A stretch of 64,000 nucleotides of DNA from the NCBI GenBank assembly GCA_964392725.1, contig CAYMPW010000005.1, positions 3,658 through 67,657 of the forward strand, read 5' to 3'. Below, in pieces: positions 18,217 to 27,401 of the stretch. Below the pieces are notes generated by a model. That model was given only the letters and a program-made list of their open reading frames with translations. It was not told the origin of the DNA and searched no databases. Both the position numbers and the translations under genes were made by a program. The stretch is from an uncultured Methanomassiliicoccales archaeon. Its GTDB lineage: Archaea > Thermoplasmatota > Thermoplasmata > Methanomassiliicoccales > Methanomethylophilaceae. Position 1 is the first letter of the stretch. The number at the start of each line of letters is the position of its first letter.

Positions 18217-19290
18217 ATGGTTCCCAAAAAGAAGATCGATGAGATTCTTGAAGAGTATGATCCAAAGGACATAACAATCGCAACATTATGTTCTCATTCA
18301 TCTTTACAGATCTTCCACGGCGCGCGCAAGTTAGGATTCAAGACTAAAGGTCTTACTATTTCTCACAGTACAAAATATTATGATGCATTTCCTTTGGCAA
18401 AACCAGATGAAATTGTAAAGTACAAAGATTTTGATGAAATGGAAGAACGTGTATCCGAACTTTATGATGAAAATGTTGTTTTAATTCCCCACGGATCTTT
18501 TGTAGAATACATGGGTCCAAAGAGATTCGAAGATTTCCTTGTACCTTCATATGGAAATCGTGCAGTTCTCCAGTGGGAGTCAGACAGAGACAGTCAGAGA
18601 GAATGGATTACGTCCGCAGGTGTTGCAATGCCTCGTGCAATTACAGACGCTCGTGAAATTTCAGAACCTGTTCTTGTGAAATATCACGGAGCAAAAGGAG
18701 GTCGTGGGTTCTTTATCGCAAAAGATTATCCAGATTTCAAAATGTCAATCGACAGCACTCAGCCGTATACGATTCAGGAGTACTGCCTTGGAACCAGGTA
18801 TTATCTCCACTTCTTCTACGATGCAAATAAAACAGACGGATACAGATGTGCAGCAGGAGGTTCGGTAGAACTTCTCTCCATCGATCGTCGTGATGAAACA
18901 AACATTGATGAAATGTACAAACTTGGATCGATTGAAGATGCAAAGAGGCACGGCCTTTACCCATCTTTTGTAGTAACTGGAAATGCTCCGGTTGTTATCC
19001 GTGAATCTCTTCTTCCAAAAGCTTTCGAAATGGCTGAAAAAGTCGTTAACCGTTCATATGAACTCTTTGGAGGCATGTGGGGTCCATTCTGTTTAGAAAC
19101 AGTCGTTACAGATAAATTGGAATTCAAAGTCTTTGAAATTTCAACCAGAATTGTAGCTGGAACAAATCCCTTCATTTCCGGATCACCTTATGCCGACCTT
19201 GTATATCCCGGTCTCAGCACAGGTGGAAGAATTGCGATGGATATCAAATCCGCTGCAGAAAATAATAAACTTAGCGATATCGTGTCGTGA
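18217..19290 (+). CDS. purP: 5-formaminoimidazole-4-carboxamide ribonucleotide (FAICAR) synthetase PurP
   Basis: 357 aa. N-terminus ITIATLCSHSSLQIFHGARKLGFKT is typical of PurP, with an ATP-grasp C-terminal part. Confidence 0.85.
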   Translation: MVPKKKIDEILEEYDPKDITIATLCSHSSLQIFHGARKLGFKTKGLTISHSTKYYDAFPLAKPDEIVKYKDFDEMEERVSELYDENVVLIPHGSFVEYMGPKRFEDFLVPSYGNRAVLQWESDRDSQREWITSAGVAMPRAITDAREISEPVLVKYHGAKGGRGFFIAKDYPDFKMSIDSTQPYTIQEYCLGTRYYLHFFYDANKTDGYRCAAGGSVELLSIDRRDETNIDEMYKLGSIEDAKRHGLYPSFVVTGNAPVVIRESLLPKAFEMAEKVVNRSYELFGGMWGPFCLETVVTDKLEFKVFEISTRIVAGTNPFISGSPYADLVYPGLSTGGRIAMDIKSAAENNKLSDIVS

Positions 19291-19294
19291 TTTC

Positions 19295-19319
19295 ATTCGG
19301 CGTGTAAAGCACGCCGAAT
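19295..19319 (+). terminator. hairpin ATTCGGCGTG-N5-CACGCCGAAT followed by TTCTTTTTTC
   Basis: A perfect 10-bp stem 5 nt after the purP TGA, followed by a T-tract. Confidence 0.7.
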
Positions 19320-19412
19320 TTCTTTTTTCAATAATTCATTTATAAACAAATGCGCGCGTTAGAGAATCCTTTAATTACATCAAATGGCATAAGGAGATAT
19401 TAGCAAGGCGAT

Positions 19413-20570
19413 ATGATGGTTTCCCAGAGACTACAGCAAGTTCCTGTATCAGGTACTGTAAGTATTTCGAACATGGTTAGCAAATTAAAAGCTGAAGGGA
19501 TGGACATCGTTTCATTTTCCATGGGCGAACCCGATTTTTCAACACCCGCGAACGTAATTGATTCTTGTGTCAATTCTTTGCAATCCGGATTTACTCATTA
19601 CACGCCTTCCGCAGGAATTCCGACCTTACGTGAAGCTATCGCAAAAATATCGTCTGAAAACAATGGAATTCCATGTTCTGCAAAGAATGTTCTCGTTACG
19701 CCTACAAAACAGGCAATATTCATGATTGCATTGGGATACATCAATCCTGGCGATGAAGTTATTTTGGCAGATCCATCATGGGTTTCATATGAAGCATGCG
19801 TTCGTCTTGCAGGCGGCGTTCCAGTCTTTGTTCCAACAAAATTCGAAGACAATTATGTCATTGATCCCGCTTTGGTAGAAGCAGCAATTTCTCCAAAAAC
19901 AAAGATGATTATTCTCAATACACCCTCGAATCCAACAGGTGCTGTTCAGCCCCCCGAGGTTCTCAAGGCTATTGCAGATATCGCAATCACACACGATATT
20001 TTGGTAATGTCTGATGAAATTTATGAGCACATTCTCTACGAAGGTGTACACAAATCTATTGCATCAATCCCAGACATGTTCTCCCGCACTATTACAGTAT
20101 CAGGTTTATCAAAAACATATGCGATGACCGGATGGAGATTAGGTTGGGCAATTGCACCAGAAGCAGATATCGCAGCACTTAATAAACTTCAGACACACTC
20201 AATCACATGCTGTGCATCATTCACACAACCTGCAGCCGAAGAAGCTTTACTCGGCCCACAGGATGAAAAAGAAAAGATGGTTGCAACTTTTAAGAAGCGT
20301 CGTGATCTGGCACTTGATTTAATTAATGATATCAATGGTTTGGAATGCAATGTCCCACAGGGTGCTTTCTATCTGTTCCCCAAGTATGATGCTAAGATGA
20401 CTTCCTTGGATTTAGCAGCAAAGTTGCTTAATGAAGGACACGTAGCGGTAACTCCCGGTTCCGCATTCGGACCTTGTGGTGAAGGATCATTTAGGATATC
20501 TTACGCAACCAGTGAAGACTTGATTATCGAAGGATTTTCAAGAATTAAAAAGTGCATGAATAGCCTTTAA
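19413..20570 (+). CDS. class I/II PLP-dependent aminotransferase (aspartate aminotransferase-like)
   Basis: 385 aa. PLP-lysine context SGLSKTYAMTGWRLGW. Confidence 0.8.
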   Translation: MMVSQRLQQVPVSGTVSISNMVSKLKAEGMDIVSFSMGEPDFSTPANVIDSCVNSLQSGFTHYTPSAGIPTLREAIAKISSENNGIPCSAKNVLVTPTKQAIFMIALGYINPGDEVILADPSWVSYEACVRLAGGVPVFVPTKFEDNYVIDPALVEAAISPKTKMIILNTPSNPTGAVQPPEVLKAIADIAITHDILVMSDEIYEHILYEGVHKSIASIPDMFSRTITVSGLSKTYAMTGWRLGWAIAPEADIAALNKLQTHSITCCASFTQPAAEEALLGPQDEKEKMVATFKKRRDLALDLINDINGLECNVPQGAFYLFPKYDAKMTSLDLAAKLLNEGHVAVTPGSAFGPCGEGSFRISYATSEDLIIEGFSRIKKCMNSL

Positions 20571-20633
20571 ATTCATTGGGTTTCAATGTCGTTTTAAAAC
20601 GAATGTCCATTTATTCCAACTCTGGTTTTATGT

Positions 20634-20645
20634 ACGCGACGCGCG
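20634..20645 (+). promoter_or_regulatory. ACGCGACGCGCG 12-mer upstream of a TATA-like box (TAAATAATA, 20659-20667)
   Basis: An exact copy of the 12-mer at 14256-14267, embedded in a longer CG-rich tract (20634-20653). Confidence 0.45.
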
Positions 20646-20732
20646 CCTGCGCGTAAGCTAAATAATAGGTGGCCCATAGCCGAATCGTTTACTTCGCGGT
20701 CTTAATACCGCCGAAGATATCGAGGGAGAAAT

Positions 20733-21800
20733 TTGAGTCGTAAACTGTTCACGGTAGGGCCCGTAAATGTAGAACCTGAGGTCCTACAGGCAATGACTAA
20801 ACCTATGATCACACACCGTTCTAAAGAGTACAAACAACTCCACGGCGGAATCGTCGAGAAAATAAGAAAAGCACTCGACACCGATATGGATATTTTCCTT
20901 GTGGGTGGTTCCGCATCCGTTTTGCTTGAAGGAGCAATCAGAAATGGTGTGCAGTCCAAATCCCTCGGTCTTACAAACGGTTCTTTCGGTGAAAGATCCA
21001 TAGAGATCGGTAAACTCAACGGTAAACAGGTTGAAACTGTCAAAGTCCCTTGGGGGAAAGCAATCAAACCTGCAGACATTGAAGGTAAAGTTACAAAAGA
21101 TATCGAAGCAGTCCACTGGGTTAGCAACGAATCTTCAACAGGTGTTTTCAGTGATTCTTTGGCTCTTGCAGAAGAAGTAAGGTCCCAAAACTCTGACGCG
21201 CTTGTTATGATTGATGCAGTAACATCCGCTTTTGCTATGGATTTAAACATGAAAAAACTCAATCCCGACTCTCTTGTATTCGGAACCCAGAAAGCATTGG
21301 CACTCCCTCCAGGATTGGCTGTAATGGCAGTCAGTGAAGAACTCATGGCCAAAGCTGCAACTGTAAAAGACAGGGGTTTCTACACAGATTTCCTTAAACT
21401 TAAAAAGAACGCAAACGATGATTATGCGCTCACTACACCTCCTGTATCTCTTATGTATGCTCTTGATTTCCAGTTAGATCGCATTCTTTCTGAAGGAATG
21501 GCATCCAGATACAAAAGACATCAGGAAATGGCCAACCTTGTAGGAAAATGGGCATCAAAATACGATGGTCTGTTCCCAGAAGAAGGATACAGATCCAACA
21601 CAATCGGAGTCATAAACCGTGGCTCACTCGATTTCGATAAATTCCACGCAGCTCTTAAATCCAAAGGATATGAAATTTCCAATGGATATGGAGAGGTTAA
21701 ACAAACAACTTTTAGGATTGGACACATGGGAGACATTACGCCCGCAAGGTTGAATGAACTTCTGTCCGTAATGGATGAAACAATGGAGGAGATGCAATGA
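20733..21800 (+). CDS. class V aminotransferase (phosphoserine / serine-glyoxylate aminotransferase type)
   Basis: 355 aa. PLP-lysine context GTQKALALPPG. TTG start preceded by GAGGGAG. ATGA overlap with serA suggests a serine-pathway role. Confidence 0.75.
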   Translation: MSRKLFTVGPVNVEPEVLQAMTKPMITHRSKEYKQLHGGIVEKIRKALDTDMDIFLVGGSASVLLEGAIRNGVQSKSLGLTNGSFGERSIEIGKLNGKQVETVKVPWGKAIKPADIEGKVTKDIEAVHWVSNESSTGVFSDSLALAEEVRSQNSDALVMIDAVTSAFAMDLNMKKLNPDSLVFGTQKALALPPGLAVMAVSEELMAKAATVKDRGFYTDFLKLKKNANDDYALTTPPVSLMYALDFQLDRILSEGMASRYKRHQEMANLVGKWASKYDGLFPEEGYRSNTIGVINRGSLDFDKFHAALKSKGYEISNGYGEVKQTTFRIGHMGDITPARLNELLSVMDETMEEMQ

Positions 21801-23377
21801 AGATACTGGTATCAGACGCCCTTTCTGAAGAGGGTTTGAAAATTCTCAACGATTCCGGCATTCCTGTGGATGTCAAAACCGGTTTGAGCGAAGAAGAATT
21901 ATGCGGAATAATCGGTGAATACGACGGACTTATTATCAGGTCTGGAACAACCGTTACAAAGAAAGTCATTGACAGCGCCAAGAATTTGCGCGTAATCGGA
22001 CGTGCCGGTGTAGGTGTAGACAACATAGATGTTCCTGCAGCAACCGACCGCGGCATCCTTGTCATGAACACACCCTCTGCAAACATCGTGTCTGCAGCAG
22101 AACACTCATGCGCAATGATTATGTCTTTGTGCAGAAACATCCCCTTCGCACACGATTCTGTTCACAAAGGTGAATGGAAAAGATCCAAATACACTGGTAT
22201 CGAACTTAACGGAAAGACTCTCGGTATTATCGGAGTCGGACGTGTCGGTGGAGAAGTTGCAAAACGTCTCAAAGCATTCAACATGACCATGATCGGATAT
22301 GATCCTTTCCTTCCAAAAGAAGTCGCAGACGACATCGGAGTCAGGCTTACAGATCTTGAAGAAGTAATTTCAAAATCCGATATCATGACAATCCACACAC
22401 CTCTTCTTCCCGATACAAGGAACATGATCAGTCTTCCCCAATTCAAAAAGATGAAACCCAACGCATTGCTTGTTAACGTTGCACGCGGAGGAATCGTCAG
22501 TGAAGATGACTTATACACTGCATTGAAAGAAAACATCATTGCAGGTGCAGCATTCGATGTATGGTGCAATGAACCTTTGTCCGAAGATGAACAGAAACTC
22601 CTTGAATTGGAAAATCTTATCACAACACCTCACCTTGGAGCAAGTACAGTTGAAGCACAGGAAAGAGTTGCAGTAGAAATTGCTGATTACATGGTAAAAT
22701 ACCTTACAGACGGAATGATTGTCAGTGCAATTAACGCACCCCGTGGCAAACTCGACCCTGAACTCGAACCCTTTGTACCTCTTGCAGAAAGGCTTGGTAT
22801 TTTCGCTCATCAGATTAATGGTAACAAACCAATCAACGAACTCAATGTAACATACTGCGGAGCTCTTTCCGAAGCAAACACAAAGATGTTGACAGTTTCA
22901 GTTGTTACCGGAATTCTCAAGAATATCATCGGTGGAGAGAATGCAAATGTAATCAACGCAAATGCAATTGCAAAAGCAAAAGGCATTGTGATTACAGAAA
23001 GCAAGAGGGAAGTTTCAGAAGTTTATGCAAACGCAATCGAAATCAAAATCAAATCAGGTTCTGAATGCCGCACAGTATCCGGAACCGTATTTGCAAACAT
23101 CCCTAGGCTTACAGCAGTTGATGATATTTCATTCGAAATACCTTTCAACAAGGATATGTTGTATCTCAGATACACTGACATCCCCGGAGTAGTCGGTACA
23201 GTCGGTAGTATACTCGGAGATAAAGGCATCAACATCAGTCAGATGACCGTTGGTACCAACGATAAAAACGTTGCAACAATGGTTTTGACTCTCGATCACG
23301 AAGTCGACGAAGAGGTTCTTAATGCCCTCAACAACGTCAAAGGCTTCGAAGAAGTCAAGTTTATTGACTTGGTCTAA
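21797..23377 (+). CDS. serA: D-3-phosphoglycerate dehydrogenase (long form with ASB and ACT domains)
   Basis: 526 aa. NAD motif GIIGVGRVGGEV and a C-terminal ACT-like region. Confidence 0.9.
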   Translation: MKILVSDALSEEGLKILNDSGIPVDVKTGLSEEELCGIIGEYDGLIIRSGTTVTKKVIDSAKNLRVIGRAGVGVDNIDVPAATDRGILVMNTPSANIVSAAEHSCAMIMSLCRNIPFAHDSVHKGEWKRSKYTGIELNGKTLGIIGVGRVGGEVAKRLKAFNMTMIGYDPFLPKEVADDIGVRLTDLEEVISKSDIMTIHTPLLPDTRNMISLPQFKKMKPNALLVNVARGGIVSEDDLYTALKENIIAGAAFDVWCNEPLSEDEQKLLELENLITTPHLGASTVEAQERVAVEIADYMVKYLTDGMIVSAINAPRGKLDPELEPFVPLAERLGIFAHQINGNKPINELNVTYCGALSEANTKMLTVSVVTGILKNIIGGENANVINANAIAKAKGIVITESKREVSEVYANAIEIKIKSGSECRTVSGTVFANIPRLTAVDDISFEIPFNKDMLYLRYTDIPGVVGTVGSILGDKGINISQMTVGTNDKNVATMVLTLDHEVDEEVLNALNNVKGFEEVKFIDLV

Positions 23378-23386
23378 ACATATTTT

Positions 23387-23406
23387 CCTTCCCCTCGCGG
23401 GGAAGG
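23387..23406 (+). terminator. hairpin CCTTCCCC-TCGC-GGGGAAGG downstream of serA
   Basis: A perfect 8-bp stem 10 nt after the TAA stop. Confidence 0.55.
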
Positions 23407-23439
23407 ATTAAAATCTTTAACAGTATCAAGGGGAATAAG

Positions 23440-23823
23440 ATGAATTCGATAATTACCGTAGAAGATCTTTCAACATCTATTGTGAACAGCATTAATGATA
23501 GTGGTATGCAGGAAGAACAAGCACTTTCTTTAGCACAGCATGTTTTGAACTTTTTCGGATATTCTGACAGAATTATCGACAACGTTTTGGAACCTGAAGA
23601 TCGCGATGCATTCTATATGTTGGAAGACGCGGGAATTCTTACAACCGAAAGAGAGGAAACAACCCTTTATGACGGAAGAGAATGGAGAATTCATTATTGG
23701 CTTTTCAAACGCGATAAGATTCTCAACTTGATGAAAGCAATTCAGGAAGAGGCCAAAGTAGAAGTCGAAGAAGAATCCATATATGCGGATCTTCCCGATG
23801 ATATTTGGAGTCGTGGGGAATAA
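23440..23823 (+). CDS. hypothetical acidic protein
   Basis: 127-aa ORF with ATG start and TAA stop. Its codon usage resembles its neighbours. I recognise no motif. Confidence 0.55.
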   Translation: MNSIITVEDLSTSIVNSINDSGMQEEQALSLAQHVLNFFGYSDRIIDNVLEPEDRDAFYMLEDAGILTTEREETTLYDGREWRIHYWLFKRDKILNLMKAIQEEAKVEVEEESIYADLPDDIWSRGE

Positions 23824-23871
23824 TTTTCCAACTTATAATTTCTTAAATAGTTTCGACGTATAGTGTGAACT

Positions 23872-25755
23872 ATGGATATCTTTCCTTATGAATACAGAGG
23901 AAATCAAAAAGAGTTGGTTTCTTTCATCAGAAAAGCCGTTGAAAACGGGCAATCTGCTGTAATTGAATCTGGTACAGGTTCTGGAAAGACTATCTGTGCA
24001 TTAACCGGAACAATCGAGACGGCTAAAGAAAACGGATGCAAGGTTATTTTTCTTACGCGTACGAAATCTCAACAGAAACAAGTAATGATTGAGCTAAAGG
24101 CGTTATCAAAGATTATTCCGATTTTAGGAGTTCCAGTACAAGGACGTTCCTTGGATACCTGTCCTGTTATATTTTCAGATGAATCTGCATCGATCGGAAC
24201 GCCAGAGGAATTATCCCATTTATGTTCAGAATATAAGAAGATGAACAATGGTGTGTGCCAGTGTGAATATTTTTCAAATATGAAAGCTGCCAACATCTTG
24301 GAAGTAGAAACATTTTGTAGAACAAATGTTCCAACATCTGAAGAGTTTGCACAGTATTGTTTGGACAAAGGATGGTGTCCATACGAGATGTCTAAAATAT
24401 TGTTGGCATCGGCAGATGTTGTCGTAGCACCATATCCTTTTGTATTCATGCCCCAGGTATTGTACCATTTCTCACAATGGTTAAACATACCTTTGGAGCG
24501 CATGGTTTTCATAACAGACGAGACTCACAATCTCCCAGATTATCTTCGTGAGGTTTTGTCTTTTCAATATACGCGTAAAGCTACTGATCTCGCAGAGGCC
24601 GAAGCAAGAGAATGGGGAGATCCAGAATTAGTTGACGGTCTTTCCGTATCTGATTTTATTTCCGTATTTAGAGAAGTTATGGATATGGCACGCAGAGAGT
24701 ACATGATTGATGACGATGGAGAATTACCACCTGGATTTATCGAAGAAGAGCTCATGTCTCGTTTAGGTTTAATATCAACAAAATTATTTCGTGTATTCCA
24801 TAATTTGAAGGAACTTGGTGAAAAAATAGCAGATGAAAAAAGATCCCGGAAGAAACTTCCGCGTTCCTATATTCGTTCTATGGGAAGATTTTTGTCTGCT
24901 TGGGTTTCAGTCGATGAAAGTTATGTTAAATTAATCGTAGGTGATGAAAAACCCCGGTTCGAAGCTTTCTGTATGGATCCTGCAATGTCTGCAGGACCTT
25001 TACGCTACTGTAGAGCCTCAATTCAAATGTCTGGTACATTGGAACCTATGACTTCATACGTTGAAGAATTGGGGTTAAAAGACGCAGTGTATCAAAGGTT
25101 TGGAAATGTATTCTCAGAGGACAATCTTCTGGTACTTTCAAAAGATGATGTTTCTACAAAATATGATGATTTATACACAGACGAATCCATGGTTCCCAGA
25201 ATCTGTGATGATATTGTTTCAATTTGTTCAGCAGTTGAGAAAAATACAGCTATATTTTTCCCATCATATTCGTTTATGGATAGAATTTTAACCACGGATA
25301 TTCTGAAAAGATTGAATAGGAATGTAATCTTCGAGAAGAAAGGGATGCATCAGAACGAATTGATGAATGCCGTAAAAGATTTTTCAAACACATCCGGTAG
25401 CATTCTTTTTGCGGTTTTTGGAGGGAGAATAAGTGAAGGTTTGGATTTTCCCGGAGATACAATGGAGATGGCAATTTTGGTTGGAATACCATATCCAAAG
25501 CCAACACAACGTCACAAAGCATTGGTGAGGTATTACAATTATCGTTATGGAAATGGTTGGGAACATGTGGGAACGGTGCCAACGGTTAGAAAAATGAGAC
25601 AGGCCATCGGTCGTCTAATAAGGTCTGAAACAGATAGGGGCGTAGCAATCATTTTAGATCGTAGGGCTGAAAATCTTCCAGGTTTGGATGTGATTGTAAG
25701 TAAAAATCCCGCTCTTGCAGTAAAAATATTCTTTGAGAAGACCAACAATATTTAA
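23872..25755 (+). CDS. xpd: XPD/Rad3-family 5'-3' DNA helicase with Fe-S domain
   Basis: 627 aa. Walker A GTGSGKT, DETHNL box and four Cys in the Fe-S insertion (CPVIF, C..CQCEYF, CPYE). Confidence 0.85.
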   Translation: MDIFPYEYRGNQKELVSFIRKAVENGQSAVIESGTGSGKTICALTGTIETAKENGCKVIFLTRTKSQQKQVMIELKALSKIIPILGVPVQGRSLDTCPVIFSDESASIGTPEELSHLCSEYKKMNNGVCQCEYFSNMKAANILEVETFCRTNVPTSEEFAQYCLDKGWCPYEMSKILLASADVVVAPYPFVFMPQVLYHFSQWLNIPLERMVFITDETHNLPDYLREVLSFQYTRKATDLAEAEAREWGDPELVDGLSVSDFISVFREVMDMARREYMIDDDGELPPGFIEEELMSRLGLISTKLFRVFHNLKELGEKIADEKRSRKKLPRSYIRSMGRFLSAWVSVDESYVKLIVGDEKPRFEAFCMDPAMSAGPLRYCRASIQMSGTLEPMTSYVEELGLKDAVYQRFGNVFSEDNLLVLSKDDVSTKYDDLYTDESMVPRICDDIVSICSAVEKNTAIFFPSYSFMDRILTTDILKRLNRNVIFEKKGMHQNELMNAVKDFSNTSGSILFAVFGGRISEGLDFPGDTMEMAILVGIPYPKPTQRHKALVRYYNYRYGNGWEHVGTVPTVRKMRQAIGRLIRSETDRGVAIILDRRAENLPGLDVIVSKNPALAVKIFFEKTNNI

Positions 25756-25778
25756 AAGAGTTAATCTTGCATGGGTGT

Positions 25779-26039
25779 ATGGAAATTCTAGTTGATGAGG
25801 GTGTTGTAAACCTTATTCAGTCTGAAGGAGTAGATTATCGCGTTTGTACAGCATGCATGGGTCCTGCATTGGTTCCCGTAACTGTAAAAAGACAAAAAGA
25901 GTCCGATATCAAAATACCAATCGGAGATCACTTTTTGTATATTTCCCGTATTCAAGCGCAGTATACCAATCATATAACTCTTGACATGGTATATGAAGAC
26001 GAAGATATCGACAGTTGTCCTGCATTTTATCATTATTGA
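25779..26039 (+). CDS. small Cys-containing hypothetical protein
   Basis: 86 aa from ATG 25779 (the ORF track uses TTG 25767). Contains a CTAC motif. Its 3' end overlaps the convergent thiI-like gene by 7 nt. Confidence 0.5.
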   Translation: MEILVDEGVVNLIQSEGVDYRVCTACMGPALVPVTVKRQKESDIKIPIGDHFLYISRIQAQYTNHITLDMVYEDEDIDSCPAFYHY

Positions 26040-26659
26040 ATGAGTGTTGCACTGTCCGCCGTTTCTTTGGCAAGCCTTTCCAGATCTAATTTACTTTCAA
26101 AATTGGAAATTTTATCTGGTTTTGCTTCTGTAATTGGTTTTACAGGAACTAACGTACATCCTTTAGCAGGAAGTATTGAAATTTCATATGTGCCGATTTC
26201 TTTTCCAAGTGCTTCAATTTCCAACTTGTCCCATCCGATTAGTGGGCGAATAACAGGAAAATCTAAACCTGTATTTTCAGCACGGATATTTTTCAGAGTT
26301 TGTGATGCAACCTGTCCCAACGAATCTCCCATGATGATTCCGGCAGCTCCAATATTTTTAGCAAATTCACGAGCAGTGCGTTGCATCATTCTTTTGCACA
26401 TAACACATTGATAGTTATTATCGCATGTTTCGGATATGGCTGTTTGGTTAGATCCGTGGTTTGCAGTGTACAATTTAAACTCTTTGCCGGTGAATTTGTT
26501 TAGTTGATTTGTTAAAGAAATTATTTTCTCTTCAGCTGCCTCGTCCGCATATGGGCTATTGTCCATATGCAATAGTACGACTTCTGCACCCATTTTTGAC
26601 ATAATATATGCTGCAACGGGAGAGTCTATTCCATCAGAAATCAAAGCTACAAGTTTCAT
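26033..26659 (-). CDS. stand-alone ThiI-like PP-loop ATPase (tRNA sulfurtransferase catalytic domain only)
   Basis: 208 aa. PP-loop LISDGIDSPVAAY, CVMCK motif and GDSLGQVASQT. There is no THUMP or rhodanese domain. Confidence 0.7.
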   Translation of the reverse strand: MKLVALISDGIDSPVAAYIMSKMGAEVVLLHMDNSPYADEAAEEKIISLTNQLNKFTGKEFKLYTANHGSNQTAISETCDNNYQCVMCKRMMQRTAREFAKNIGAAGIIMGDSLGQVASQTLKNIRAENTGLDFPVIRPLIGWDKLEIEALGKEIGTYEISILPAKGCTLVPVKPITEAKPDKISNFESKLDLERLAKETADSATLIQ

Positions 26660-26832
26660 GTATTGAACCTTCCGCCACCAATTCCGCCGTACTCAGATTC
26701 TTCGTATCCGCCGTCATCATCCGCCATGATCATTGTGTAAAGTGCCTTTACAAAATCTTTTAAATCACTGATTTCGGATTTGAGGCTGGTAACTTCTTTG
26801 CGAAGAGATTGAATTTCTTGTATGTCATTCAT
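26656..26832 (-). CDS. 58-aa coiled-coil / acidic Gly-rich small protein (absent from the ORF track)
   Basis: Hand translation gives MNDIQEIQSLRKEVTSLKSEISDLKDFVKALYTMIMADDDGGYEESEYGGIGGGRFNT. Its ATG overlaps the csl4 TGA (ATGA), and its TGA overlaps the thiI-like ATG. Confidence 0.6.
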   Translation of the reverse strand: MNDIQEIQSLRKEVTSLKSEISDLKDFVKALYTMIMADDDGGYEESEYGGIGGGRFNT

Positions 26833-27401
26833 ATCTGTACGTCACCATAGTCATCGGCGAGTTTTCTGCTAAATTTGCGGTTGCATTTAGAACAGAAGAG
26901 CTGGTTACTTCCTTTTTTTACAAGTTCTGTTTTGCATGTTCCGCAAAGTGAACGTACAACACCGAGGTGATCTTCTTTAGTTGTAAGTTGAAGTGCAGGT
27001 TTAATCGCAGTAACTTTTGCACGAATCATATCGCCTTTTCTAAGTTCTTTTGCAACATCGTCTGTATACCCAGCAGATATTTTTGAAACATGAATTGTTG
27101 CGTAAAGTTCACCGCCAAGACCTCTTTCTGTGCCTTCTTTGGCGATAACATCAGCGGTTGCCATGGTGTTGCGAATATCTGCAACTATTGCGTATACTAT
27201 ATCTCCATTTTTAAGAATGTTCGGGGGATTTGGAGAGATTACCCTAGCTACGCATTCATCATCATCGAGTTCAAGTACTCCAATCTGTGATGCGTAGATT
27301 ATTCCGTTGTTAGCGAATGTTCCGTCTGATGCGAGGTATTCTTCTTCAACCGCAACCTCGTCACCGGGAAAAACTTCCTTTTTACTTGTCATAAATGTCA
27401 C
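26829..27401 (-). CDS. csl4: exosome complex RNA-binding subunit Csl4
   Basis: 190 aa. N-terminal domain, S1 domain and C-terminal Zn ribbon CGTCK...CSKCN. Confidence 0.85.
   Translation of the reverse strand: MTFMTSKKEVFPGDEVAVEEEYLASDGTFANNGIIYASQIGVLELDDDECVARVISPNPPNILKNGDIVYAIVADIRNTMATADVIAKEGTERGLGGELYATIHVSKISAGYTDDVAKELRKGDMIRAKVTAIKPALQLTTKEDHLGVVRSLCGTCKTELVKKGSNQLFCSKCNRKFSRKLADDYGDVQI

Noticed and set aside
20702-21352. Long antisense ORFs opposite real genes. Examples: 20702-21352 (216 aa), 46243-46929 (228 aa), 38541-39125 (194 aa), 45396-45986 (196 aa), 58170-58781 (203 aa), 33758-34384 (208 aa), 49938-50510 (190 aa) and 52891-53436 (181 aa).
   Set aside because: Each lies entirely inside a CDS with strong family motifs on the other strand. 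Their translations are low-complexity, Ser/Cys/Phe-rich and carry no motifs. They are shadow ORFs, favoured by codon bias.
23440-26039. XPD helicase flanked by two small unknown ORFs, considered as a possible helicase-based defence module.
   Set aside because: The helicase has the full housekeeping XPD/Rad3 Fe-S architecture. No nuclease, methylase, ATPase partner or mobility gene is nearby, and the composition matches the surrounding core genes.
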